Shown one piece after another: positions 10,030 through 19,980 of a stretch of DNA of 58,878 nt. The notes beneath the pieces are model-generated. The model did not search any database. It was not told where the DNA came from and saw nothing but the letters and a program-made list of their open reading frames with translations. The position numbers were made by a program, and so were the translations under genes. Each line of letters opens with the position of its first letter. The stretch's first letter is position 1. The stretch is from contig JANNGX010000051.1 of assembly GCA_031404115.1 (NCBI GenBank), forward strand, positions 1 to 58,878, read 5' to 3'. The DNA comes from Gemmatimonadales bacterium (lineage in GTDB: Bacteria > Gemmatimonadota > Gemmatimonadetes > Gemmatimonadales > GWC2-71-9).

Positions 10030-11325
10030 CTACGGATACAACCGGTGAATCTGCCGGGGAAAGGCAATCGCCTCGCGAATATGCGGGATGCCGCAGATCC
10101 ATGCGACCGTCCGCTCGACGCCCAGCCCGAACCCCGAATGGGGGAAGCTGCCGTACTTCCGGAGATCCAGATACCAGCGGTAAGCCTCGGGATCGAGCCC
10201 CTGCGCGATGATCCGCGCCAGCAGCTTGTCGTGGTCGTCCTCACGTTGCGAGCCGCCGATGATCTCGCCGCAACCTTCGGGTGCCAGGCAATCGTTGTTC
10301 AGCACGGTGCGGGGGTCGGCGGGATTCTCCTTCATGTAGAACGCCTTGATTTCCCGGGGATAATTCATGACGAACACCGGCTTGTCTGAATCATTGGAGA
10401 GCAGCGTCTCGTCTTCGGCGCCCAGATCGTCGCCCCACTGACGCTCGCTGCCAAGTCCTTGCAGCCGCGCAATGGCGTCGGTGTAGCTGATGCGAGGAAA
10501 TGGAGGGGTAATCTTTTCCAGCCGGGCCGGGTCCCGTTCCAGCTCCTTGAGCGGCTCGGCAGCACGCTCGAGTGCCCGCGCCACGATGAAACTCAAAAAG
10601 TCTTCCTGCAGCCGCATGTTGTCGTCTGAATCGTTGAATGCTACCTCCGGCTCGACCATCCAGAACTCGGTGAGATGGCGCCGGGTCTTCGACTTCTCGG
10701 CCCGGAACGTGGGTCCGAAGCAATACACCTTGCCCAGCGCGGCGGCCGCCGCCTCCACGTAAAGCTGCCCGGTCTGAGCCAGGTACGCCTTGCCGAGGTC
10801 GAAATAGTCGGTGGCGAAGAGCTCGCCGGCCTGTTCTCCGACCGAGCCGGTGAGGATCGGCGTATCGACGTGGGTAAAACCCCGCCCATCGAAGAAGTCG
10901 TGGATGGCCTGCACCACGATATGCCGCACCTTGGCAATGGCCACCTGGCGGCGGCTCCGCAACCAGAGGTGTCGGTGCTCGAACAGAAACTGGGTGCCGT
11001 GTTCCTTGGGGGTGATCGGGAAGTCCACGCTGGGGCCGATGACTTCCAGCCCCGTGGCGGTGAGCTCGAATCCGCCCGGGGAGCGCGCGTCCTCCTGCAC
11101 CTGCCCGGTGACGGACACCGAGGTCTCGTGGGTCAGGGTACCGAAGACCTCCCAGACCGCCTCGGAAACCTCCTTCCGGGGAAAGACCGCCTGGAGATAC
11201 CCGGTACCGTCGCGCACGACCAGGAAGGCGATCTTGCCGCTGGACCGGATAGTCACCACCCAGCCCCGAACTGTAACAGTCTGTCCGGCGTGCTGGCCCA
11301 ACTGGTTGATATAGACCGACGCCAT
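10030..11325 (-). CDS. asnS: asparagine--tRNA ligase
   Basis: Class II motifs FRAEKSKTRRHLTEFWMVEPE and GGSQRE, and an OB-fold N-terminus VTVRGWV. I prefer the ATG at 11325 (MASVYINQL) over the TTG-initiated extension to 11442. Confidence 0.93.
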   Translation of the reverse strand: MASVYINQLGQHAGQTVTVRGWVVTIRSSGKIAFLVVRDGTGYLQAVFPRKEVSEAVWEVFGTLTHETSVSVTGQVQEDARSPGGFELTATGLEVIGPSVDFPITPKEHGTQFLFEHRHLWLRSRRQVAIAKVRHIVVQAIHDFFDGRGFTHVDTPILTGSVGEQAGELFATDYFDLGKAYLAQTGQLYVEAAAAALGKVYCFGPTFRAEKSKTRRHLTEFWMVEPEVAFNDSDDNMRLQEDFLSFIVARALERAAEPLKELERDPARLEKITPPFPRISYTDAIARLQGLGSERQWGDDLGAEDETLLSNDSDKPVFVMNYPREIKAFYMKENPADPRTVLNNDCLAPEGCGEIIGGSQREDDHDKLLARIIAQGLDPEAYRWYLDLRKYGSFPHSGFGLGVERTVAWICGIPHIREAIAFPRQIHRLYP

Positions 11326-11537
11326 CTGCGGAAGCGCTCGTAAATGATGAGAGAAACGCGAAGGAGGCCTGATTGTAGCCTTGGGCACGGAAAGGGTCAA
11401 CGCGGCTTCATCATAGAGGAGAACCCGGGCCGCGGGTGGCAAGGAATCGAACGGTGTCAGCTTTCTCGAATCTTGCAGCCGGTTGCGCGATAGCCGATAC
11501 TAGCTACCCCAACGCACTCGCTCATTCGAGGTGACAT

Positions 11538-11774
11538 ATGCCCGACATGCAAGCCCGTCTCAAAGCCGAATTCAGCCTCCGGTATCCCCGCCTGAGCTCC
11601 GGAGTCTGGTATGATGTCTCGCCGATCTTTCCCGGGGTCACCGTCCGTCGGGTGGATATCTTCGGGCGGCGCATCGCGCGGCTCAAGACCACGCGCGACT
11701 TCGAAACGGTCCAGGCCGCCCACTTCGAGTTTGGGCTCCCCAGGGCGCAGGAAGCGGAACGGGCCACCGCCTAG
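11538..11774 (+). CDS. hypothetical small protein
   Basis: 78 aa with GC3-rich codon usage. GAGGTG lies 5 nt upstream of the ATG. It sits in the only sizeable lower-GC intergenic region. No family recognised. Confidence 0.45.
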   Translation: MPDMQARLKAEFSLRYPRLSSGVWYDVSPIFPGVTVRRVDIFGRRIARLKTTRDFETVQAAHFEFGLPRAQEAERATA

Positions 11775-11788
11775 CCCGGCCCCGCGAC

Positions 11789-11810
11789 CCCCGGCGCCCT
11801 AGCGCCGGGG
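11789..11810. terminator. perfect 9-bp GC hairpin between convergent genes (no U-tract)
   Basis: ccccggcgc (11789-11797) / loop ccta / gcgccgggg (11802-11810). It contains the stop codon of the DUF1295 gene and lies 15 nt after the stop of the + strand ORF. Confidence 0.3.
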
Positions 11811-12584
11811 TGGCCGGGGAACAAACGCGCTGGTCCGCCGGACGTACTCCCGGTATGCGGGCTTGGTAGCCTCGAGCGTCTTTTCGAGCAGGGCCACGCC
11901 CGACACCTTCATGAGCAGAAACGTCATCACGGCGGGACCCATCGCGGTCCACCACCCGTGCGCAGCCGCCGCGAATCCGAAGTAACCCCACCAGAGCAGC
12001 GCATCACCGAAGTAGTTCGGATGCCGGGTATAACGCCACAGCCCCGAGTCGAGAACCTTGCCCGTGTTGGCGGGGTTGGACCTGAACCGTGTCAGCTGCC
12101 GGTCGCCGATCGACTCGAACCCGAAGCCGGTTACCCACAGCAGGACTCCAAGGCCGATCCAGACGGCTCCATCGCTCCCCGCAGACCGAAGCGCCACCAG
12201 CAGTGGCATGGCGATGATCCAGGCGAGCCCGCCCTGCAGCAGGAATACGGTGAAAAGGCTGACCCACCAGAATTTTGCCCCGTGACCGGCGCGCATGTGC
12301 TGGTAGCGGTGGTCTTCTCCGTGCCCCCAGTTCCGGCGCGTCAGGTGGAGCGACAGCCGGAGACCCCAGAGGGTGACCAGAACCACCAGCAGACGGGCAC
12401 GCCACGACGCCTGGGTCCACCCACCAGCCGTTCCGAGATAGAACCAGCCCACCACCACGAATCCCAGGCCCCAAAAACGATCCACCAGGCTGGCATCCCG
12501 GAGCGCCACGCTCGCGAGCCAGATGGCGGTCATCATGCCGAGCAGGAGGACGAGGCCGGAGAGGGCGGCCTGGGCGGTCGTCAT
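11799..12584 (-). CDS. DUF1295 / steroid 5-alpha-reductase-like membrane protein
   Basis: Multi-TM protein with the C-terminal signature RYTRHPNYFGDALLWWGYF. I prefer the ATG at 12584 (MTTAQAALSGL) over the longer ORF-track start at 12653. Confidence 0.8.
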   Translation of the reverse strand: MTTAQAALSGLVLLLGMMTAIWLASVALRDASLVDRFWGLGFVVVGWFYLGTAGGWTQASWRARLLVVLVTLWGLRLSLHLTRRNWGHGEDHRYQHMRAGHGAKFWWVSLFTVFLLQGGLAWIIAMPLLVALRSAGSDGAVWIGLGVLLWVTGFGFESIGDRQLTRFRSNPANTGKVLDSGLWRYTRHPNYFGDALLWWGYFGFAAAAHGWWTAMGPAVMTFLLMKVSGVALLEKTLEATKPAYREYVRRTSAFVPRPPRR

Positions 12585-12680
12585 TGGAGTTTCCCGGTAT
12601 GTTTCAGGGAATATTGCCGACTCGAGACCGCCATTCCATGGATCTGACCTCACTTCTGGCCCGGCGACTCGGAGCCCGGA

Positions 12681-14750
12681 TTACCCCACCCGGAACAACG
12701 CTTCCGCCTTGGGATACCGCAGGAGTGCCCGCTGCTTCAGCTGGGCGTGCCCCGGACGCTCCAATCCCGTATCCGATTCCAGTATCTCCCGCGCCATCTC
12801 ACGGGACACGGTCAGCAGGTCGGTATCCTGGGGGAACCGGGCTACCCGGATGTCCGCCATGCCGGATTGTCGCTGGCCCAGCAGGTCGCCCTGGCTCCGC
12901 TCGGCCAGATCCAGCTCGGCGATCTTGAAGCCGTCGGACGTGGCCGCGAACGCGGTGAGCCGGGGCGACTCCCGTTCCGCCAGGAGAATGCAGTGGCTCT
13001 CCTCAGCACCCCGGCCCACCCGGCCCCGGAGTTGGTGCAACTGGGCCAGCCCGAACCGTTCCGGGTTCTCGATGAGCATGAGGGTGGCGTTGGGCACGTC
13101 GATTCCCACCTCCACCACCGTCGTGGCCACCAGCACCTGCACCTTCCCCTCCCGGAAGTCTTCCATCACCCGGTCCCGTGCCTCCGGCTTGAGCTTGCCG
13201 TGCACCAGACCCACCGAGAGCCCGGGCCACCGTGCCGTGAGTGATTCGGCCATCGTAGTCGCGGCGCGCAGGTCGGCCTTCTCGGTTTCCTCGATGACCG
13301 GGAGCACGACATAGGCCTGGCGCCCAGCCATGCATTGGGTGAACACGAATGCCAGGACCCGATCCCGCTGCTTCCCGCTGCGCACCGCGCTTCGGACCGC
13401 GCCGCGCCCCGCCGGCTTGGCCTTGAGCACCGACATATCGAGATCGCCGTACCGGGTGAGCGCCAGAGACCGGGGGATTGGCGTGGCGGTGAGCAGGAGC
13501 ACGTCGGGGGACGAGCCCTTCCCGATCAGCGCCGCGCGCTGCTCCACGCCGAAGCGGTGCTGCTCGTCGATCACCACCAGGCCCAGGCGCCGGAACGCGA
13601 CCGTGTCCTGCATCAGCGCGTGGGTGCCCAGCACCACACTCGCTTCCCCGCTCCGTAATCGCTCGCGGACTCGCGACTTCTCGGCGACACTGAGCCGCCC
13701 GGTCAGCAGCTCCGGCACGATGCCGAGCGGCGCCAGCAGCCGGGTCAGCGTGGCCTGGTGCTGCTCGGCCAGGAGCTCGGTGGGCGCCATGAGGGCAGCC
13801 TGATAATCGTTTTCCACCGCGAGCAGCATGGCAAACAGTGCCACCACCGTCTTGCCGGTGCCGACGTCACCCATGAGCAGCCGGTGCATTCGCAGTGGCG
13901 CCACCATATCCGCGGTAATCTCCCGCAACGCCTGCCGCTGATCGGAGGTCAGCTCCCACGGCAGCGCTTCACGAAGCGCGCTGGTGAGTTTGCGCCGCAC
14001 GACGAACTGCACGCCAACCCGGCCGCGCTTGGCGAGAAATCGTGCCCGGCCCAGCATGAGCTGCAGGTCGAACAGCTCATCCAGCGCCAGGCGTCGGCGG
14101 CCCCGCTCCGCGTCGCTGACCGTGGCCGGCCGGTGGACCGCGCGGAGCGCCTCAGGCAGCGTTGGGAGGTCGAACTTCCGGCGCAATTCGGCGGGGAGGA
14201 TTTCGGGGCAGCACGCGACCATCGCATCGAGATGCCGGTCGATCAGCGCGCGAATCACCTTGTGGGAGAGCCCCGCGGTAGCCGGATAGACCGGGAGCAC
14301 CTTACCCTGCTGCCAGGCCGATGCTTCGCTATCCTCCGGCTCGGCCAGGATGATGAATTCCCGCGGGGCCATCTGGCGTCCGTGATAAAACCGGATCGGA
14401 CCCGCCACCAGCAGCGTCTGGCCCACCTCGATGGTGCGGTCGAGGAACGCCTGGCCGGGCCAAACGCATTCGAGCGCCCCGCTCTCGTCGCGCAGCACCG
14501 CGTTGAAAATCCGGAGCCCCTTGCGGGTCGGGAGCACCCCTTTGGCCACCACCCGCCCCACGCAGGCGATGTCGTTTCCCACCGTGGCGCGGGCCAGCGG
14601 CGTGACCGATGAGGCGTCGACGTAGCGGTGCGGAAGGTGCCAGAGCAGGTCCTGCGCGGTCGAGACACCGAGACGATCCAGCGCCTCCGCGCGACGCTCG
14701 CCGATGCCCTTCAGAAACTTGACCGGCGTGTCCAGACGCAGGGCCGGCAC
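12681..14750 (-). CDS. recG: ATP-dependent DNA helicase RecG
   Basis: 689 aa with an N-terminal wedge/OB region, helicase motifs GDVGTGKT and DEQHRFG, and QLHQLRGRVGRG. Confidence 0.95.
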   Translation of the reverse strand: MPALRLDTPVKFLKGIGERRAEALDRLGVSTAQDLLWHLPHRYVDASSVTPLARATVGNDIACVGRVVAKGVLPTRKGLRIFNAVLRDESGALECVWPGQAFLDRTIEVGQTLLVAGPIRFYHGRQMAPREFIILAEPEDSEASAWQQGKVLPVYPATAGLSHKVIRALIDRHLDAMVACCPEILPAELRRKFDLPTLPEALRAVHRPATVSDAERGRRRLALDELFDLQLMLGRARFLAKRGRVGVQFVVRRKLTSALREALPWELTSDQRQALREITADMVAPLRMHRLLMGDVGTGKTVVALFAMLLAVENDYQAALMAPTELLAEQHQATLTRLLAPLGIVPELLTGRLSVAEKSRVRERLRSGEASVVLGTHALMQDTVAFRRLGLVVIDEQHRFGVEQRAALIGKGSSPDVLLLTATPIPRSLALTRYGDLDMSVLKAKPAGRGAVRSAVRSGKQRDRVLAFVFTQCMAGRQAYVVLPVIEETEKADLRAATTMAESLTARWPGLSVGLVHGKLKPEARDRVMEDFREGKVQVLVATTVVEVGIDVPNATLMLIENPERFGLAQLHQLRGRVGRGAEESHCILLAERESPRLTAFAATSDGFKIAELDLAERSQGDLLGQRQSGMADIRVARFPQDTDLLTVSREMAREILESDTGLERPGHAQLKQRALLRYPKAEALFRVG

Positions 14751-14752
14751 GG

Positions 14753-15679
14753 TTAGCCGCCGCCTTCTGCCAACTCCTCCGCGAAACTGACCGGGTCGAA
14801 CACCTCGAGGTCGGTGGCTTGCTCGCCGGTGCCGAGGAAGCGAATCGGCAGCGCAAGCTCTCGACGGAGCGCCACCACCGCGCCCCCCCGCGACGTCCCG
14901 TCGAGTTTGGTGACGATGAGCCCGGTGGGATTGACCGCCTGGGTGAAGAGCTTTCCCTGCTGCACCGCATTCTGGCCCACGCTCCCGTCGAGCACCAGCA
15001 GGGTCTCGTGCGGAGCGCCCGGCGCCTTTCGGGCGATTACCCGCACCATCTTGCTGAGCTCTTCCATCAGGCCCTCCTGCGTATGCAGGCGGCCGGCCGT
15101 ATCGATGATGGCCACCGTCATGGCGCGCGCCTGGGCCGCTTCGATCGCGTCGAACGCCACCGCGGCGGGATCGCCGCCCGCCGCGCCCGAGACGCAGGGC
15201 AGGCCGAGCCGCTCCGCCCAGATCTCGAGCTGGGCCACGGCGCCGGCGCGGTAGGTGTCCGCCGCACCCAGCAGGACCCGCTCACCCTGCCGCAAGAGGC
15301 GCCGCGCCAGCTTCGCGATCGAGGTGGTCTTGCCGGCCCCGTTCACTCCGACCACCAGGATGACGGTGGGCCCGGACGGTGCCCGCGCAATGGCCCCGGG
15401 ATCTCCAGGGCTGGTGAGCAGCTCGATGAGTTTGGCCACCAGGGCGGCCTTGAGGTCGTCTTCACTCTTGAGCCGGCCGCGACGTACGCCGTCTTCCAGC
15501 ATCTCCACCAGATCCATCGTGGCGGGCAGGCCAAAGTCCGACTCCAGCAGGAGCCGCTCCATGGCCTCGATGTCGGCGGCCTTGAACCCGCGGACCATCG
15601 CGCCGACGTCGGTCAGCGCGACCCGCTTGAGGCGGGCCCAGAGGCCGAGTTTTTTCCGTTCGGTTATTCGATCAGCCAT
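14753..15679 (-). CDS. ftsY: signal recognition particle receptor FtsY
   Basis: NG domain motifs GVNGAGKTTSIAKLA, DTAGRL and TKLDG. Confidence 0.95.
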   Translation of the reverse strand: MADRITERKKLGLWARLKRVALTDVGAMVRGFKAADIEAMERLLLESDFGLPATMDLVEMLEDGVRRGRLKSEDDLKAALVAKLIELLTSPGDPGAIARAPSGPTVILVVGVNGAGKTTSIAKLARRLLRQGERVLLGAADTYRAGAVAQLEIWAERLGLPCVSGAAGGDPAAVAFDAIEAAQARAMTVAIIDTAGRLHTQEGLMEELSKMVRVIARKAPGAPHETLLVLDGSVGQNAVQQGKLFTQAVNPTGLIVTKLDGTSRGGAVVALRRELALPIRFLGTGEQATDLEVFDPVSFAEELAEGGG

Positions 15680-15702
15680 TGCTCGTCACTGGTCACTGGT
15701 CA

Positions 15703-17490
15703 CTATCGCAGCCCAAGCCTTCTCCGCGCCAACCATTCCCCTGCAAACGCCACCACGCCGAGCCCGAACAGCCAGAGCCAGCCGCGTACCGGCACTCGGC
15801 CCCCGGCGGGGCGCTCCACCGCCTCCCGCGCGGCCAGCGTGCGCTCTCCAGGGAGCCATTCGTCCGAATACTCCTCCACCACAACCGTCCCCTGCCCTCC
15901 ACCCGTCAGACGATAGCGCCAGGTGCCGGGCGCCAGGATCACCTCGGCGCGTCCGGCCCCGTCGAACCCGAGCGTGTCGGTTCGGGAACCCGAAGCGCCG
16001 GTCAGCTCCACCGGCGTCGCTTCGGCGGAGCCGGGACCATTCCACTCGAAGATCACCGGGCGCCCCCGCTGCACCACCTCATGGATCACCCGGGCGCGTC
16101 CCGCCGCCGAGTCGGCGCCGCCCAGGAGCCACGCGAGCGACGACGCCACCAGACCGCGGTAGCCCTGCTCGCTGCTCCCGCCCCGAAATGCCCAGCGCCA
16201 GAGGCCCTCAATTCCCATGACGATCCGCCGCACCCCGGCGGAATCGCGACCGACCATGGCCGGGCGCACCGTGCCCCGGCGCCCGGCCTGCGCGGAGAGC
16301 CCGGTCCAGTCGGCCGGACCGACCATCAGCTCGCCGACGGCGGTGCCGGGGGGAAAGGAGTCCACCGCGACACCGGCGAATGCGCCGCTCACCGGCGAGA
16401 CGGACGGTACCGACAGATACCAGTCGCCCGCGCTGCCCGACAGCGCACCGATTCCGGGCCAGAGCCAGCGCCCGCGTGCTCGTGAGGGGCGCGCTGCGGC
16501 CCCGGTCTCCCCAAACGAGACCAGCACATCGGCGCGGCGCGCGGCGTCGTTCACCTCGGCCGTGGGCACCGGCTTGAGGTCACCGGCCCGGCGCCAGCGC
16601 CCGCGCTCGGTTTCCAGGTAGCCGCGCACCGGGAGGGCCGCGACGTCCCGCAGCGTTTCGAGCAGAAAGCGGCTCTCCCACGTGGGTGGGCTCGCCAGCA
16701 ACACGATCCCCGGAGTCGGGACGATGGTCACGACGAGATTTCGGACGTCATTGCGCGGCTCCGCATCACTCGCACCGGTCACGGCGATGTTCAGCACATG
16801 CGACCCCGGAGCCGCCGGGGGGAGCGGCCCGGCGAGCACGATGCGGCCGCGGCCACCGGCATCCAGGACCAGGGCGCCGCGCAGCCAGAGGCGGTCACCC
16901 TCGGTGACTTCGATGCCGAGCCTCCACTCGCGCGGAGGTCCGAAGGCCTGCGCCTCCACCTCGAGGCGGAGCGTATCGGCGGGCGTCAGGCGGCTCGTCC
17001 CCGAGGCGCGCACCAGGGCCACGTCGGACACGACCTGTCGGGGCAGCACCCTGATGGTAGCGCCGGTGAGTAGATCGGCCGGGAGCGCGTCCGCGTCTTC
17101 GACTTCTCCGTCGGTGAACACCACCACCTCGCGCCCCCCGCTCCGCGCGCCGGCGATTGCGGCGGCGAGCCGCGACCTTCCACCGGAAGGAGTCGTGTCG
17201 CCGGGGAGCGCCCCCACCAGGCGGACATCCCCGGCGGCGCGCGCCTGGGCCCGGGCTTCGGCCCACTGCCCCCCGGCGGCCTGCATGCTGAGCGACGCAT
17301 CGAGGAGCACGGTCGGACGGGGGGACGGGCGAACGGTCGGACAGGACGCGTTCACCAGCAGCAACGTCACGGCGCCCCAGCCGACCCCACGGCAGAGGGC
17401 GGGAATCCAGATGCGCTCGCCCCAGCTCTCCAGGAGGCGATACGAAAGGACCGCCGCGGCTGCGGCAATCAGGACGATCAAGAACGGCAT
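15703..17490 (-). CDS. membrane protein with N-terminal double-TM domain and VWA-like (DxSxS) region, C-terminal TM anchor
   Basis: 595 aa. MPFLIVLIAAAAAVLSY...GWGAVTLLLVNA forms two TM helices, followed by VLLDASLSM (MIDAS-like). The C-terminus GWLWLFGLGVVAFAGEWLARRR is a TM anchor. This resembles BatA-like aerotolerance-type proteins. Confidence 0.55.
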   Translation of the reverse strand: MPFLIVLIAAAAAVLSYRLLESWGERIWIPALCRGVGWGAVTLLLVNASCPTVRPSPRPTVLLDASLSMQAAGGQWAEARAQARAAGDVRLVGALPGDTTPSGGRSRLAAAIAGARSGGREVVVFTDGEVEDADALPADLLTGATIRVLPRQVVSDVALVRASGTSRLTPADTLRLEVEAQAFGPPREWRLGIEVTEGDRLWLRGALVLDAGGRGRIVLAGPLPPAAPGSHVLNIAVTGASDAEPRNDVRNLVVTIVPTPGIVLLASPPTWESRFLLETLRDVAALPVRGYLETERGRWRRAGDLKPVPTAEVNDAARRADVLVSFGETGAAARPSRARGRWLWPGIGALSGSAGDWYLSVPSVSPVSGAFAGVAVDSFPPGTAVGELMVGPADWTGLSAQAGRRGTVRPAMVGRDSAGVRRIVMGIEGLWRWAFRGGSSEQGYRGLVASSLAWLLGGADSAAGRARVIHEVVQRGRPVIFEWNGPGSAEATPVELTGASGSRTDTLGFDGAGRAEVILAPGTWRYRLTGGGQGTVVVEEYSDEWLPGERTLAAREAVERPAGGRVPVRGWLWLFGLGVVAFAGEWLARRRLGLR

Positions 17491-17517
17491 GGGGGAATAA
17501 TAGGAGGGCGGACGCTG

Positions 17518-18765
17518 CTACTCGGCCCGGAGGATCCCGGCGCCCTGGCCCGCCGCGCCCAGGGTCCGCTCCAGTCTGGCGCGCTCCGCCAGAAACAGCG
17601 GCAGCAGCCGGCGCTCGAGCGGTTCGCCTTCTCCCAGGTTGACTCGCCGGGAATCGCGCGCAGCGCCGTGGATCCGAAACTCGTAGTGAAGGTGCGCGGC
17701 GCTCGCCAGGCCTGTGGCGCCGACGTACCCGATGACATCGCCCTGCTGCACCCGGCCTCCCGCGCGGAGCCCCCGCGCGAACCCGCGCAGGTGCCCGTAC
17801 CGGGTGGTGATCCCGTTCCGGTGCCGAAGCTCGACCAGGTTGCCGTAGCCGCCGGTGCGTCCGGCACGGAGCACCGAGCCGTCGCCCGAGGCCAGCACGG
17901 GAGTGCCGCTCTGAGCCGCGTAATCGGTGCCTTCGTGCCGGCGAAAGATGCCGAGGACGGGATGGAAGCGCGATCTCGAGAAGCTCGATGAGATCCGGCG
18001 AAATTCGACCGGCGCGCGCAGGAAGGCCCGGCGCAGCGAGTTGCCCGATTCGTCGAAGAACCGCACCACGTGCTCCACTGGCTCGAACCGGAACGCCTTG
18101 AGGTGTTTGCCGGACGTGAGGAGATCCGCGGCCAGGATAGCGCCGGCGCGCACCTCGCCTTCCTCGGAAACCTCGCGGTGCAGCAGCACCGCAAAGCTGT
18201 CACCCGGCTGAATATCCCGGTTGAAATCCACCGACCAGGCGTACACATCCGCCAGATCCCAGGCCAGTTTGACCCGGTTGCCCGCATCGAGCACATCGTC
18301 GGGGATCAGGGCATCCAGTGCTTCGTAGAGGGAGGACTCGATGGGCCCCTCGATCCGGACCACCTCGGAGCGCCAGGCCACCGGATGCCGCGAGGCGGTC
18401 CAGGTGTCGGCCGCACGATAGGCGGCGAGCCGCTCTACCGCGCTGGTTCGGAGGGAGATGCTGCTGGGATGATCCTGCCCCGCTTCGCGCCGGAAGAACA
18501 CCACCAGCCCGGCCGGGAGCCGCCGAGCGTCGAGCCCGACCCGCTCGAACATCCCCACCAGCACGGCGCCAGCCAGACCCTGGCGGCCGAGCAGGTCGCT
18601 CAGGGTCTCGCCACTCCGCAGAGTGTCGCTGGTCTCGTGGAACGCCGTCTTGACCACGATTGGCTCGGCCACGGTGAGCCTGACCCACGGCCACCACCCC
18701 GTCAAAGCCAGCCCGGCAGCCGCGACCAGCACAGCGATCGCCGCGGCGATACGAAGCCGCCCCAT
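17518..18765 (-). CDS. M23/LytM-family metallopeptidase with N-terminal membrane anchor
   Basis: HEGTDYAA (HxxxD) and AAHLHYEF (HxH) are both present, with GYGNLVELRH between them. The ATG at 18765 shares one base with the ftsZ stop. The ORF-track start at 18768 is TTG. Confidence 0.85.
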   Translation of the reverse strand: MGRLRIAAAIAVLVAAAGLALTGWWPWVRLTVAEPIVVKTAFHETSDTLRSGETLSDLLGRQGLAGAVLVGMFERVGLDARRLPAGLVVFFRREAGQDHPSSISLRTSAVERLAAYRAADTWTASRHPVAWRSEVVRIEGPIESSLYEALDALIPDDVLDAGNRVKLAWDLADVYAWSVDFNRDIQPGDSFAVLLHREVSEEGEVRAGAILAADLLTSGKHLKAFRFEPVEHVVRFFDESGNSLRRAFLRAPVEFRRISSSFSRSRFHPVLGIFRRHEGTDYAAQSGTPVLASGDGSVLRAGRTGGYGNLVELRHRNGITTRYGHLRGFARGLRAGGRVQQGDVIGYVGATGLASAAHLHYEFRIHGAARDSRRVNLGEGEPLERRLLPLFLAERARLERTLGAAGQGAGILRAE

Positions 18766-19961
18766 CAATCCATCTGACGCCGGATAAACGTCGGTATCTC
18801 CATGTCGGAGACTTCGGGCTGCACCGTGGCGCTGCGCGACGGCGTGCTGGTGCGGGGGGTGACCGTCCTGGGGCCGCCCGCGGGGGCCGAACCGCCGCCG
18901 CCGGCAGCGGCGCCGCTACCCGGGCCGCCCCCCGCCGCCGCCCGCTTCTTCTCGGGGAAATGCAGCACGCCCACGCCGCGCAACGGCATCTGCTCGCCGG
19001 TGATGGCGCGGTCGAACCCGGTGGCGATGACCGTGACGCGGATCTCACCCTGAAGCGAGCTGTCGGTGCAGGAACCGAAGATGATTTCGGCCTGATCACC
19101 CGCGGCGTCGTGGATGATCTCGCTGATCTGGGTCACCTCGCCCATGGTGATGTCGCTGCTGGTGATGTTGATCAGCACGCCGGAAGCGCCGGCGATCGAA
19201 ATGTTGTCGAGCAACGGGCTCGCGATGGCCTGCTGGGCGGCTTCGAGGGCCCGATTCTCGCCCATGCCGCTCCCGGTTCCCATCAGCGCGGAGCCGCCGT
19301 TCTGCATCACGGTGCGTACGTCGGCGAAGTCGACATTGATCAGGCCGGTGCGGGTGATGAGGTCGGCGATGCCCTGGGTGGCGTTGAGCAGGACCTCATC
19401 GGCCTTCTTGAGGGCGTCCTCGAACTTGAATCCCTTCCCCACCACTGCCATGAGGCGCTCGTTGGGCACTACGATCATGGTGTCCACACCCCGGCGCATT
19501 TCCATGATGCCCGTTTCGGCCTGCTTCATCCGCTTCTGGCCCTCGAACAGGAATGGCTTGGTCACGATTCCCACGGTGAGGGCGCCGATGTCCCGGGCCA
19601 TCTGCGCGATCACCGGCGCCGCGCCGGTGCCGGTGCCGCCGCCCATGCCGCAGGTGACAAACACGAGGTCGGCGCCCTGCATGGCGGCCAGCACCTCGTC
19701 GCGGTTTTCCTCGATGGCCTGGCGGCCGATCTCAGGGCGCGCCCCGGCGCCCAGGCCCCGGGTGAGCTTCTTCCCGATCTGCACTTTCAGGTCCGATTTC
19801 GATTTGGTGAGCGCCTGGGCGTCGGTGTTGACGGAGATGAACTCCACCCCCACCAGGCGTTCCTCGATCATCCGGTTGACGGCGTTGCCGCCACCGCCGC
19901 CGATGCCGATGACCTTCATCCGGGCGTGCTGACCAGCGCTCTCTTCGAGTTCGAAAATCAT
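18765..19961 (-). CDS. ftsZ: cell division protein FtsZ
   Basis: GIGGGGGNAVNRM and the tubulin signature GGGTGTGAAP, plus a conserved C-terminal peptide DMEIPTFIRRQ. I prefer the ATG at 19961 (MIFELEES) over the ORF-track start at 20069. Confidence 0.97.
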   Translation of the reverse strand: MIFELEESAGQHARMKVIGIGGGGGNAVNRMIEERLVGVEFISVNTDAQALTKSKSDLKVQIGKKLTRGLGAGARPEIGRQAIEENRDEVLAAMQGADLVFVTCGMGGGTGTGAAPVIAQMARDIGALTVGIVTKPFLFEGQKRMKQAETGIMEMRRGVDTMIVVPNERLMAVVGKGFKFEDALKKADEVLLNATQGIADLITRTGLINVDFADVRTVMQNGGSALMGTGSGMGENRALEAAQQAIASPLLDNISIAGASGVLINITSSDITMGEVTQISEIIHDAAGDQAEIIFGSCTDSSLQGEIRVTVIATGFDRAITGEQMPLRGVGVLHFPEKKRAAAGGGPGSGAAAGGGGSAPAGGPRTVTPRTSTPSRSATVQPEVSDMEIPTFIRRQMD

Positions 19962-19980
19962 TGGCCGGGCCCTCGCGTTC

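Noticed and set aside
10030-11442. TTG-initiated 39-codon N-terminal extension of asnS
   Set aside because: The AsnRS OB-fold N-terminus begins right after the ATG at 11325. The extension has no counterpart in the family as I know it and starts with a weak TTG.
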